Position numbers and translations under genes: made by a program
Assembly (NCBI RefSeq): GCF_037042905.1
Contig: NC_087251.1
Span: 40,240,001-40,304,000 of the forward strand
DNA: 64,000 nt
Origin: Lytechinus pictus
Lineage: Eukaryota
Direction of reading: 5' to 3'
Notes under the pieces: model-generated
Told to the model about the DNA's origin: nothing
What the model saw: only the letters and a program-made list of their open reading frames with translations
The model's database searches: none
In this document: positions 50,913 through 64,000 of the stretch, piece after piece
How the letters are laid out: every line of letters begins with the position of its first letter
Numbering within the stretch: position 1 is the first letter of the stretch

Positions 50913-52898
50913 TAGTTTCCTAACTAATAATCCTGAGCATGCTGAGTGGTGTCATCTAACTTTTGATGTTATAATGTTTTCAGATGGGATGAATTCAATT
51001 AAGGATAATTGAAGAAGTAAATAAAAATGACCTTAAGTCTTCGATCAGGCATGCTAGCTAGACCCGATAGTAAAACGTATAAACGATACAGGTATTGGCC
51101 ATGAGGCTGTGACCCCACCCCCGTAAATAAACTCTTCAAGTCGCATGATCTGATGATGTTGCATTAGCTGCAATCAATTCGGAAGACATTTTCCACCTGT
51201 GTAATCAGGTAAAACAAGCATATGATTGAAGGGTGCCTTACATAAATTTACATAAGATTTGAGACGTTAATCATGTGATTTATTTATTTATTTATTGGAT
51301 ATATGCACATAAAAATTGACCAAGTGATCGAGTGATTGGTTTCAATGAGTGATATTTTCGCAACAATTACTATCCTCCACCAGCCAGTAGAAACAGAAGA
51401 ATTATATACTTAAATGTGATTTGTGTGTGTGTGTGTGGGGGGGGGGGAGGGTGTGTGTGTCAGGGCGTGTGTTACATATATTAACGAATGTGTGTCGATG
51501 ACGTTGGGAGAGAGGAGAGGAGAATGAGAAGGAAGCACATGGAGATCAATTATTATCGAGACGATGTCAAACGTCTGTGGCTTTAAAAAATAAAACGTAT
51601 AATTTTGTCACATTATATGTCAGAAAACACTTTAATTGTGAAGTACTTCCTATAAGGGTGCTCGCTCATTTTACAGGGAGTATTCAATATATGGGATTCA
51701 TGTAAGAAGGTATTCAATCTGCTAGCCATATTATTCGATAAGAAGGAGAGCGATTTATACATGTAAGCAATCGTAACCTTTACTAATAAATTTACGAGTA
51801 ATTAAGGTTATAAAAATTCGTATTAGAAAAATCGGACATGTAATGGTGAAACATTCAGGAGACCTCAACTGGCCACTATCCTCATGTGTAAAACATCTTA
51901 CAGGAATTATGAACTTGTGAAGTAATATATTTAGTTTCTTATACTTTGTTACAATAATAAAATTTGAATTGACAGGTGCAATTACGAGAAATCAACGATT
52001 TGTTACGACTTATTGAACCAAAACTGTAAAACAAAGACACGATACCTTGACCAATCGACTGGGTATTTCTGGACTTGCTATCGAAAAGTATCCTTTTTCT
52101 TACGCGCGTGCACCTTTCTTGAGGGATTCCCAATAGATAACGTGTTCAAACAAGTTCACACCGTTTTCTCTATTTCCTCAAGGGTCATTTGCAAATCAAT
52201 GCCTGCTTTCTCTGAAGATTGTAGTGACTCATCCAAACGCCTGACAAAAAATATATTCCCTCTTTTCCTTTCACTATCTTTTGAATGAAATAGAGGAATT
52301 TAATGGTGACAAGTCTGCTTTAATACATTACGTATTTGTTGCGATTTGTATGCAAGTATAGTAGGATGCCGGATGCTGCATCGGGCAATGTGGTAGGCTG
52401 CATCCTCGCGGGACGCGGGAGAGAACATCGGTAAGAGTATTTCTCCCTTCAAACCAGTCTCACCGTATAATGTTAGACTTGAGCAGCAGGGAATTGATAC
52501 TTCTACTAGGTTAATGCAGTTTGATTCATCTCCATATGGAAGATAGCACGGAGGGGAAGAAAATCGCCCAGGACTGTTTAAAGTTGAGTGGATGTGTGGT
52601 CGTGCCTCTGTGATTCATCACATCACGGATATGATGACCAGGTAGAGAAAGAGAGAGAGAGGGGGGGGGGGGGTAGAGATAGAGAGAGAAAGAGGGGAAC
52701 TAGATGAAGATATAGGTATGTTCAAATACTACAGGAAAGTTTATATAAATTGTATGGACAGAAATCACTTGAAAAAGAATGCAGGATCATGTATGATAAA
52801 AAGATATTTTGAGATTAAGAAAAAGGAATAAAACATATCTATACGATGCAATGTGAGAGTAATAAATAATAGAGTTGGTTTGAGTTTCAAAAATTGAT

Positions 52899-53784
52899 TA
52901 TTATATTTATCATGAGGGAAAGAATCCCTGTTTGGCATCATCAATAATTACCTATGGTAATATGTGCCATCGTTCTTCAGGGTGTCTATATTTCTATATT
53001 TTAGTTATATTAAAACTATATGGGAACAGTGCTAATTTCACCCCAACAAAAAATAATATAATGAAGGTAAAAAAAGGCCGAATGCATTATGTCACCCGCA
53101 TGTAATGATTTTTCAATCTTTGCCTGGTAAGGCGTAATGAATTGGCTTGAAGGTGAGGGTAACATTTTTATTTTGATTTTCTTTCCCTTTCTCACTATAT
53201 ATACGCCAGTGAAAGTCGTTGATGAGACTCATCACCATTTACACAACAGCAAAGACAAATTACCAAATTATACTATCAATATAAAAGGCCCTGCAAATAC
53301 GGAGATTAGGGAAATATCAACCGTTTTGGAACTTAAAAACATTTTTAAGATTTTGCTTGTTAATTCTAGGGAAGACAAATATACATGTAGATCGTTCTAT
53401 CTCTTTGGTCGGCCGTTTTGTCGACAAGATCCATTTTTTTCAGAAAGCGATCTCCCATCGCACTTTAAAAAAGTTAATGCGGGAGTGCAATTTTACCGAG
53501 GTACGACCAATCACTTTTGTAAGGTGGTAAATTCTGATGGGTTCACTGTCTCTCTCAGCTCTCTTTAGGTTCATTACTTTTTGTCACTATCGAGAATTCT
53601 TAAAATGATAGGGTGTTGAAGGTGATACCAGGCTATTCATCTTTGTTTGTGACTCCCAAACAGCGAGTGATGTCAATAATTGATGCCTAAATCTCACTCA
53701 AAGAAGGACACCCTGAAGAACGATGGCACATATTACCTTAGGTGATGCCAAACAGGGATTCTTTCCCTCATGATAAATATAATA
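52899..53784. mobile_element. Non-autonomous element with ~80-bp TIRs
   Basis: tattatatttatcatgagggaaagaatccctgtttggcatca...gtgccatcgttcttcagggtgtc mirrored at 53707-53784. Confidence 0.8.
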
Positions 53785-55748
53785 CTTCTTGTGGTTGCAC
53801 TGTGCTATGATTTTTTTTTTTTGAATAATATGATTTTCTTGCTATAATTACAACTATACACACACACACACACACACAAAATATTGCACCCTTCCACCAG
53901 TACCAACCTTTTTGGGTGTAATCTTGCACCCTAAGTGGAAAAGGAGCAAAAAATGTTTATACTTTTATTTCTGTTAAGTTTATCTCGTAAAAGGTGCAAT
54001 TTTCACTTTTTAAGGTATATAACACTTGACGTTAAAAGGGTTCAATTATTATATGTACCCTTAATTACATGGTTCATCTCTGCACCATATAGATTGCCTA
54101 AAATAGCTGTAACTGCACCAAATGTGCACAGATGCGCATAATTTCACTCATTAGCACCACTTTGGGTGCTGCTATACCAACCCCTAGGGTTTAACCCCTA
54201 TTTTTTTAGTGTGTACAATTTTTAAATTTCAAGATGCAAAAAGGTGCTGAATAACTGGCTATATCCTCATTTTTGAAAGTTTGTTCTTTACAACAAAAAC
54301 GGATCCCGGTACCATTCCATGAGCAATCTCCTTGCCAGTAAGTTGCAATAGCTTTGAGTAGCTTAAAAACAATTTTCAGTGAGAATAAATGACATCTAGG
54401 GTTGTTTTACGAACCGATTCCATGAAATTAAATTGACAGTAATAAGCGGAAATCAAGTCCAGTGGTATCAGAATTAATTCGTAAGTGACATTTGCATGTG
54501 TTTTGGGGCCCGTGTTATATTAATTGAACTTAAACTATTATGAATACATCGATACATCTGTAATTGTGATTAAATTAGTACCTTTACTGTTTTGGATTCA
54601 ATCGTTGTGATATGAATCACTCCGATTCTATTTATCACACGAATTGAATAGCATGAGACAATTAAGAAAAAAAAAAGATCCCCTAGTAAAATACATCAAA
54701 TTAAAAATCGTGTATATTGTAAACATGTTCACTTCGGCACATTCACGAAATTTATGTAAATGCATTACAACCACACAAATCAAAAGAAATGAAAATTAAA
54801 ACTCTTTAAATTCACAGAAGTACAGCAACCAGTAATAAAGAAAATATACGACCCCCCCCCCTTATCTACAACCTTTTGCGCGTGAGGGTGTGTGTGTGCG
54901 TGTGTGGTTGTGTGATTGCGGTTTTGAAATCGAGCCCACATGTCTCCTCATACATTATTAAATGATATTGCTATTTAGAAACTTTGGAGCATGCTTTTCA
55001 TGTCCCCCCCCCCCAAACAAATATTGAAATAGAGCCAAATATTCATCAACGAATGCAATTTCTAGGATAACTGCTAGATAATGCGAAATAATTATTGAGG
55101 CAGGCATTTTGATGAACCTATTCAAGTATATAGACTTCATTTCCCACGCATAGTGTTCTCCACACAAAAGCATGGCAGCGGTGGGATCTATTCAAATCCT
55201 TGCTTGGAATCCTATAATAATATGATTTTTATGTAATGGAGATATTTTCAACCCGACTGCACAGGCTCCAAAACCCAGATGGGGACAAAATAGATGCCAG
55301 TAGAAGCCCTGTAGTTCTATCATACAATTATTATGTACCAAAGGAAATATGCCGCCCGAGCGAGCGTGAAATTCGTCTATGAGTCGAGGAAATAGAAGTG
55401 CAAGCTACCTCCAAAAAGCGATCGCTGCTCGCCAAACAATTCACTTGTTGGCTCGTCAAAATTGACCAGACGTATTTAATCCATTTTACATCTACTCTAT
55501 TTTGAAAATGGGAAGCGAGGGGCAGCATGGCAACGGGATTGGGTATATACTGCTTTTTGCTTGTTTTTTGGTGTCTGAGAAATGAGAATGACTCATCTTA
55601 TCACCATCCATTGTGACGTGATAGAACCATAATCACATCCATACTAGTCATTTCTTCATAATCATTACTATCATGGTGCAAGAGAGCAGAAGTATCATCA
55701 TGATCATTAAAACAAGTTTAGTCATTTACGTTTGAAAAATCTAAACGT

Positions 55749-55995
55749 AATAATAATAATAATATTTATTTTTATTTACCCAGGGTAGCCACTTCAGTTA
55801 TAGGAAACTGCTCTACCAGCGGGCCCTGCATAACATAATGTTATTATTACCCTTCTCCAATCTAAATGCTGAGCGCCTAGCAAGAAGGCAGAAGGTCCCA
55901 TTTTTATAAGTCTTTGGTATGACTCGGCCGAGGATCGAACTCACGACCTCCCGTTCATGAGGCGGACGCTCTACCACTGAGCCACCATGCCCGGT
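55749..55995 (-). mobile_element. tRNA-derived SINE (Met-like head)
   Basis: Reverse strand TGGCTCAGTGG...CTCATGA...GAGTTCGATCC; tail ctaccctgggtaaataa(TAT)n, also seen at ~28330. Confidence 0.85.
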
Positions 55996-57567
55996 ATAAC
56001 ATGTAAATTCTAAATGTTTTCCATGACGATCAGATAGTTTATAGCATTAAAGCCAATGTAATTGTTGAAGCACATTCATTTTAGATGTGTATCGCTAAAT
56101 CTTTATTTTCACAAGGGGTTTCTCTGAAACGAAAGAACCATGATGAGAGGAGGAGGGACATGAGAAGTGATAGAGGGAGGAGACATAACGAGAGAGAAGT
56201 AGGGAAAGAGAGGGGGACGTGGGTGGGTGGGGCGAAACATAACTCAACTGAAAAACAAAACAAAATTGGGAAAAAGGGATAAGGATGCAACCAATGATTA
56301 TCATTTTCCCTTTATACGCTATGACATGATGACCATCATAAATTAAGAAAAACGTGACTTGGCATCATGGTGAAAAACAGGTATAACGCATGAAGAGCTC
56401 ACATCTTATAGACTTCTTCAATTTCTCCATGGCATCATTAAGAGGTAAAAATATATAGAGTGAAACGGGTAGGGTGATGAAAAGTACTGGCAGGGGCAAG
56501 AAAATGGGTAAGACAGGGATAAGTGGATTTGAGATGGACAAGGAAATTGGTCTTCGGTAGGATTCCACCACCTGCTAATAGGTGCTAAGAAAGTGCATTC
56601 AAGCTTTCAACCTAAAGCTCTTCCTATTGAAAAGCCGAGTGTGATGACATACATGACATAAGGGAGCGTGATAAGTATATAGATTCATCACCACTTAAGT
56701 TATCATTTCATCGGATGCGAAATTTTCGATGAGTACTTTGTTTGACAGACAACATCATGTTTTAAATTGATATGTGAAGAAGATCGACGACTGACGAAAG
56801 TGGGGTAGAATGAACAGAAAAACAGAATGCCAACTTGAAAACTTTAACCGATCCCGCAGCTAGATAGCAGGAGTTTGAATTATTCTGACACATTTCCCTA
56901 TATTTGTCTTTGAAGTTATTTATTACCCCCTTATACATCAAAGCTTCATCACGAAAGGAACATTTGAATGTAATAAAACTAAACAAGGGAGACGGTACTG
57001 AATTAGAAGTGGTACGCAAACAACAAACGTGCAAAAAACAATATGATTCATTTGTGTATTTAAAAAAAAACGGGTTCGTAGAAATTATTTAGTTGCATAC
57101 AATGATCTTTTTCAGGATAACAAACATCGCCCAGAATGTTCAAATTTTAGGACAAAATACATAAAATAAAATAAAAATTAGCTCGCGCTTCGCATTATAC
57201 AAATAAGGATTATGATATTAAATACTTATGTTGATTTAAAAGCTAGGAAGTGACTATTAGGACTACCCCTTCAAAGAAACAAACACGAATCATCTTCGAG
57301 CAGCCGATCGGCGAAACTATGGCTGAAAAAATTTCTGCCCCCCCCCCCTATTGGCGAAGGCTGGATCCGCCCCTGTTGGTCTATTTTTTTATAGTTATAT
57401 CAGGTATACCAACCCATCCATGTAACTAGACAAAACACCAAATTGATTGTGTAATAATTCTTACTCTTGTATACATGTATTTTGAAAAATTGACTATATA
57501 AAAATCCTTTGGAGGACAAAAAGAAAAATCATACATCAAATGGTATATGTGTAACGTTTGATCTTAC

Positions 57568-58791
57568 CTTTACAATGTTAGGGTGGCGAAGTTGGTGAAG
57601 AAGTGCAGTCTCTTTCAGGAGTTTGTAGTTGGCCAGTTGGATGCAGTCTCGTTTCGCCATCCCCCTATCCAAGCAAGCCGTAACATCATTGCCTTCCGTC
57701 CATACCGACTTAACGGCCACCCATCTACCATCCCTCAGCTCCACCCTCTCAACCCGTTTGGTGTAGCCTGATCCTACCAGCTCTCGGCTATTTATATGGG
57801 CTAAGTCCTCGCATCCGAGGTACGGCTCGTCCAAGTTCAAAGCCGCATTGGTCTCCGCCTCGATGGACGGCTGGTTGAGGGTGGTGGCCGCAGCAACAGG
57901 GTTGGTAGAAATTAAATCGGATACTGATAATCTTTTTTGTGAATTATCCCAAGATTGATCATGTTGATAACCTAGAACATTTTTCAAGTCACTCGATTTT
58001 TCAAAGTGTTTGTCTAGGCTTCCTTTGGTCTCATTTTTAGCTTTTTTAGACTTGTGGTGATGGCCTGGTGCTAAATGTTTTCTCATTGATAGGGTTGAAG
58101 CAGACTGATGAAAAATTATTTCTTTATTATCATCATCATGATACGACCTTTTCTTGTTTTCGTTGTGTGGTGTTCTAAGCAACGCCATGGCATCTGGCAT
58201 ATCTGCCCTTTTCATTGATCTACTTTTTGGTGTATTTCTTGAAATCGCTCTCGTCTTATTACTTTTACTGGCCTTGACATCAGGTATAGTTTGATCGTCT
58301 CGAGTTATAGCACCGCTGCTGCCGCTCTTGCTGTGTCCATGGTGTCTACCAGGTCCATGGCTGGTCCGAGCATCCATCAAACGGCGCTTGAGGCGGTGCT
58401 CATTGCCCTCCACTCTTCCCTCGTCAAGCAGATGCTGGTGGTGGTGGTGATGATGCCGAGAGTCCAGCTCACGTCCACCATCCATGCCCTTCTTTCTTGC
58501 ATTCATTGTTTCTAATCTTACTTTAATTCGCTCCTGATGGTGTAAAAGTTCCATTTCCAGCTTCGCTGCCATTTCCAATAACTCTTCCTCTCGTGATCTC
58601 AATCCTTGTTTTTCCTCAAGGATTTCTCGATTTTGAATGACTGTAATATCGCGTCTATCATCGTCATCGTCGTCGTAAACCGCCACAATCATAAGAAAAA
58701 GGAATGTAAATATTAAAGGCATCCATAAATAATTAGGCATCGAGATGACAAAGCGATTCCGTTTCCTACGAATAAAGCAAAAATTCCTCAT
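57568..58791 (-). CDS. PKDCC: PKDCC/VLK-like extracellular tyrosine kinase, coding exon 1 (408 codons: signal anchor, long stem, kinase N-lobe)
   Basis: ORF MRNF...; basic N-terminus then hydrophobic segment; LGCEDL, VGSGYTKRV (Gly loop), VAVK, YKLLKE, LRHPNIVK match PKDCC-family motifs; GTAAG donor at 57567-57563, phase 0. Confidence 0.92.
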
Positions 58792-61700
58792 TTTGGAGCT
58801 TCTTTGTTGTACTCAATACTCGTAATGGATTCAGGCAATTTCAATTCTTTCCAAGCACCATTTGAAAATAAAATCAGTTATTTCATCCTCTGCAACAAAC
58901 TATCGAATCCTTGTCAGTAACTCAATTATATCAATTCAAATTTCCTTTTCAGTTGAGAGGTTTTGAAGACTTATATATGATCCATTGGGCTGAAAAATAT
59001 TTCCCGTCGACCCCACATCATTTAAGAGCGAAAAATTAAATCAGCGAGATTCGTGTCCGACATGATGCTTGGTGTGATTATTATTGAAATAAACTGTTCA
59101 TCTTGAAATCACTCACTACACAGATCAAAGCCAATGCATGCAATTCAACATTCAAGCGAGGAAATATGATCTGATTTACCAACTTGAATGGGGATAAAGA
59201 TTTGCGCAAATCCGAGCAGTTTTTCAGTTCTCACGTAGAGGTCATGTCGACAATTTAGAGTTAAGCAATATTTCTTTTTATAAAAACGCTTTTTGTTAAT
59301 AAACAGGCCAGCCTAGGCTGTTGACCACGTAAAACCCAGGGTAATAAAACTGGTGTATGATGAGTTCCTTTGTCAAAATAGTGCTGATTAACTTTGACGA
59401 CCTGGTATCCATCATTTAAAAAAATGCTACATCAGAGAAAAAAAATCAACATCCATTTAATTTTGTCTGTTCAATGAGGAAGACATTTATTACAATAGTC
59501 CTATTTCCACAAATTCGTCATGAATGTACAACGGAAAAACACCAACAGTTAAGATCAATTTTTGTTGTATTGCAATGACGAAATAATCGCCAAATTCCAA
59601 GCACTGCCACCAAAGTATCCTTTCCAAATTAATAATCACCAACTGTCCAGTTTAGTCGTTGCATTATGACAGAACATGAGAGGCGAGTCAACTAAATCAT
59701 CCCTTCCATCTCAAGTTTAGAGAGCTGACAGTTTGGTGTAACATTATTTCCCCCACGGCATGAAAACGACTCCATCAAGTTGAGAAGACCAAACTATACG
59801 CTGTGTTCGCCGCCAGCTCAAGAAGTTAAATGAATTGTAAGAAAAATCGCACTCCTGACCCGACCGCCCAGACAAATGCTCGCATTTTGAGGTGAGCTCA
59901 CTTTGCATCAGTGAGCGCATAAAAAAGAGTCGCATATTCAAAGAGAAGGATTTGAGAAAGCACTTATCATGTAGTGTGAATTCGCAGTTTTATTGCTTAT
60001 TTTGTGTAATATTGATAATGTTCAAGCAGCAAAGCCGACCCTGTCACGTAATCAAATAATTTCTCATCAATATCCGTGATCTGTGCTTTCATGTTGTCAC
60101 GATCTCCCTCCACTTCTAAATTATATTGTTGAAATATACCCACATTGAAGGCTTCGTTCGAAAGAAGAACACTGGAGCTGCCGAATATGAATTAAGCGCC
60201 TGATATAAATGGCGTTCCAATATCTTTTTTGGAGTTACACATACACGATTATGTTAATGATGATGTCGATCAGATGTTGACTCAATGAGGCCTGTAACAA
60301 ATTTATTCCCATGTCTAAAAGGGAGCTTTACAGGGGTCTGGGAACGATTTTTTTTTTTGTGGGGGGTGCTGATGTAAGTTTGAAAAGCAAAAAATTAAGG
60401 TAATTTCTGTTGCACTGTTCCATTTTTTAATACAATTTCCAAAATACTGGAGGGTGCTGCCTATAGAGAATAATACACGCAGCACCCCCAAGGTAAATTT
60501 GGGGGGTGTTAGCAACACCCCCAGCACCCCCGCTTCCCAGCTGCCATGGAGCTTTATTCATCCTAATGATTGTTCATGTCTTTTTAGAAGTAAGAAAAAC
60601 GATGAAATTGTAATTATCATAATAGTCATAACAAGAGCCAATCATGCAAAACTGGAAACGTTAGGCCTACTTTATGTCAAACAGATATTCAATCAAATTT
60701 TCATTTCCTATCTCACTACAAGTAACATAATTAATGGAAACCTGATGTTTGCCTACATTATTGGGCACTTTGTTGATAAATAGATAGAAGGGATTGCAAT
60801 GAATATTGGTTCTGATAGTCAAAGACGAATTGCAGAACGTGACTCATCCCTGTAGGCTACACAGTCAGTAGGTTGGTATTGATAAGTCACGATATCACAG
60901 AAGTCTAAGTTTCGAGATCAAGGGATGCTGAACGGGAGAAATCCTACCTGTACGCATCACGTGACTTAACTTTGTGTACCGACATGGCGAGATGAAAAGG
61001 TAAAAGCAACTCTTCTACTTTCTACTCCTGACAGATAAGACGGCTAATTGATCCACCGACAATGGAAGGGGAACTGCTTGTGAAAAATCTGGGTGAGAGC
61101 TGCGAGCGGACAAACTGAACTCATTAGGGCCTGTTATATCGCTCTTTTGTGTATTCACTTGAGTTTAGCGCAAACAATTAAAGAATAGATAGACTAAACC
61201 TCCACCTTTCAAGGATTGACAGTGATTGAAAGCAAAGTATCTTTCTCAAAGAATTAAATAGAGGGATGGAAGAAAAGTGGTTACGACGGAAAACATTCAC
61301 TTGAAAGCAAAGTATCTTTCTGAAGAAAATAAACAGGGAGTTGGAAGAAAAGTGGTTTTGATTGAGAAACATTCGCTTCGCTGATTTTCATTGCAAATGA
61401 TAGGTATTTCGTTTCTATAATCACTCTTCAATAAGGCTATACATTCAAGATAAGACATTGCATGCTAAGCAGGAAGGGGGAGGGGGTAAACAGTGGCGGT
61501 TCCAGCCTTCGCCAATTGGTCTATTTTTCATAAATTTTATTGTTTTTCAGTCTCAAAACCTCTAAATTTTTAGTCGCTCGGATGATACCAAAGAAAATTT
61601 GAAATTCAAATGAAAACGTGAATAAAAGTGGCAAAGAAAATTACCTTTTTTAATCAAAAGAGATTGGATTCATTTTAGTTTGCTTGTAAAAGGGAATAAG

Positions 61701-62979
61701 TCCACAATGATAATTAAAAAAAAATATATAGAAAAAACTTGAAAATAGGTAGATTTCTTTATACCCAATGTTATGTGCACCTGATAGGGTAGTACATCAT
61801 GACAATTTAGTTTCTCATAAGAATATTGCAATAAGTGAGAATAAAAAATATGTTTTTTCTCGGAATGGTCCAAAATGGACCTAACCCCTTCTGCAACCAA
61901 ACTCTTCACTGATTATCCAAGCGTGGAGACATATACCACATACATTAAAATATGGTATCAAATTAATTTGGAGAAAATACTATTTCCAGCCATATATAAT
62001 TATTATGCGTTCATTACATATTTTTTCCTAAAATTTGTTTTTTTGAGGTGTCAGTTTTTTTTTCTCACACGGTATTTTGTATCTGGATTTGATCAATTGA
62101 ATTTATTATTAAAAAAACCCACTATATATTATACGCATGAAATAAGCTATGTCGATCATTAATAAAGTTTCCAGACTGACCTTGCCGTAAGCTATGAATA
62201 AGAGTGTTTATCTTAGCTAAAAATTAATCTTTACATTGAAAAAGGAAATCAAGCTGGGTCACATTATTCTTTTATAGTAAAAGATGTTGTGCTCATTTTA
62301 GATAATTTTGTTAGCAATATTCCTTAATAAAATATGTGTCCACAAAAATATACAGCTCCGATACCACAATAAATACTTAGCGATATTTACAATCGCAATA
62401 AACTTGCAAGCTATCCAATTCAGTATTGAATGAAATTTGAGTACTTTTGAGAGCAAGTTTCAACATTTTGTAAAGAATGACATATTTGTTACACAGTCTA
62501 TTATTCAGATCGTACCGAGGAATCATATCAGAAAATTGAATCTCACCGCGAACTTTAACACGCTGAAAGGAAATGGGGCGGTGAATGATTATCATGATTA
62601 TTGTTAATACCAAAAGTACAAAACGATAACATACCCTGATTATGAAAGGTGAATAATGTAGGTGGACATTGTGGAGGCAGTGAAGAGAATTTTATGATTA
62701 TTAATATTTGGTAGTGACATATGTGAATCACCCGGGTGAATGATCAGTTTCAAGAGCAACTCTACTCTATTAAAGGGAAATCCAACCCAAATAAAAACTT
62801 GTTTATAGAGGAAAAAGAAAAATCAGATAAGTTGATAGGTGATGGTTTGAACAATATCGGACAAACTTGCTGGTAAACGCCAAGCTGGTATATAACCAAT
62901 TACCTATAGGAATGACGTCTAAGTTAATCAGTCAGGCTGACCTTATAAACCACATAAACCACAGATATTAGTATTACTC

Positions 62980-63058
62980 TTGGGAGACAATGGCAGAGTG
63001 GGGATTCGAACTCACAACCTTGCGGTTATGAGTCCAATGTCGGACCACACGACCCTGA
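62980..63058 (-). mobile_element. Degenerate tRNA-derived SINE head
   Basis: B box GAGTTCGAATCC, ctcataa loop, damaged A box. Confidence 0.55.
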
Positions 63059-64000
63059 CATCTGCTTTCTGTTCACTCCATTCTTTATAGAGGCTTCAAA
63101 GTAGAAAATGAATGGCAATTGTGTCGTCATTATCATCATCATCATTGTTATTATAATTTTTAGTTTATCATATTTTCATCATCATTATCATCTGTACTAT
63201 TATTATGGTTATTTCATCAGTATATTAAGGATTGATTTTCATTATTATCATCGGAAAAACAAATATCATGTTGTTCATCAAATATCTTGATTTTAATTTT
63301 AAAATATTCTATCAGAATATGAAAAAAAATTGACTGATTGATTGATTAATTGATAACAAATTTATTTCATTTCAATTTTTTTTTACAAATTTACAAAGTA
63401 AAGCGAACAATAATACAACATAATGAAATGAATTGAATTGGGAACCTTCTGGCGCACAAACATAGCTTGTTAATGAAGGTTTCATTAAATAAATTAGTAT
63501 AAGAATACAGTATCGATACAAAATTCAAAATATTTACAATATACAAATCATCATATCTTCCATAAATGCCTGTAAAATATTAATAAGGCTTTTTATCATA
63601 TTCTCCCAAATAAAAGACAAACAAGGCTGCATAATATTAAGATATGACAAGAAAAGTGAAAGGGACACACCGGAAACAAAACTTTACAAGAACAGGACAT
63701 AATTCTTAGCTTTATTCTAATTCTTATAAGGCCTTAATAAATAATGCGACCGTGAAGCGCGAACACGTTTTTTTTTCTTAATTTCATGTATAAACCCGGG
63801 CGCCGTTTCATAAAGCTGTTCGTAAGAGCGACTTTAAGGACGAACGGTGAACCTTTCTTGCGCGCTAAACCATCGCCAATGAATCTACCATTTACCACAA
63901 GAAAGGATCCCCAGTCGTTCTTAAAGTAGGGTGGTATTATCTGAGCAGTATCATGAACGAGATGCGTAGGCCTATACTTGTAATGCCAGCGAGAAGCACG

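Noticed and set aside
53137..53568. 143-aa ORF inside a TIR element as a transposase
   Set aside because: No DDE or DNA-binding motif recognisable
57529..57567. ORF tail VRSNVTHIPFDV as the protein C-terminus
   Set aside because: Intronic read-through past the GTAAG donor; the kinase continues at 20330
57349..61516. Inverted 26-bp ends flanking exon 1 as a gene-capturing transposon
   Set aside because: The ends face outward, so they belong to two separate elements

Overview
Eukaryotic, AT-rich, repeat-dense animal DNA; the repeat style suggests a marine invertebrate such as a sea urchin (inference, not verified). One complete protein-coding gene can be assembled by hand on the minus strand: a PKDCC/VLK-type secretory-pathway tyrosine kinase. 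It has 6 coding exons (58791-57568, 20330-20190, 19584-19477, 18808-18568, 18184-18077, 17351-17077), all introns GT-AG with compatible phases, a 2097-nt CDS (698 aa) and a 37.2-kb first intron. Nearly all other listed ORFs are artefacts of microsatellites or repeats. The rest of the window is mobile DNA: CR1-group LINE 3' fragments, tRNA-derived SINEs, and many non-autonomous TIR elements, several nested inside one another. Highlights: (1) a ~400-bp tandem repeat at 9.46-12.7 kb whose unit carries a tRNA-like cloverleaf with a UCA (UGA-reading) anticodon and a Pol III terminator; (2) a multi-level nest of foldback elements at 2.9-8.8 kb, including a TGT...ACA element with a 5-bp TSD whose empty site is visible in a paralogue at 1190; (3) a 2.4-kb palindrome built from ~190-bp subunits in intron 1; (4) an unusually long His/basic stem with a furin-type site in the kinase.
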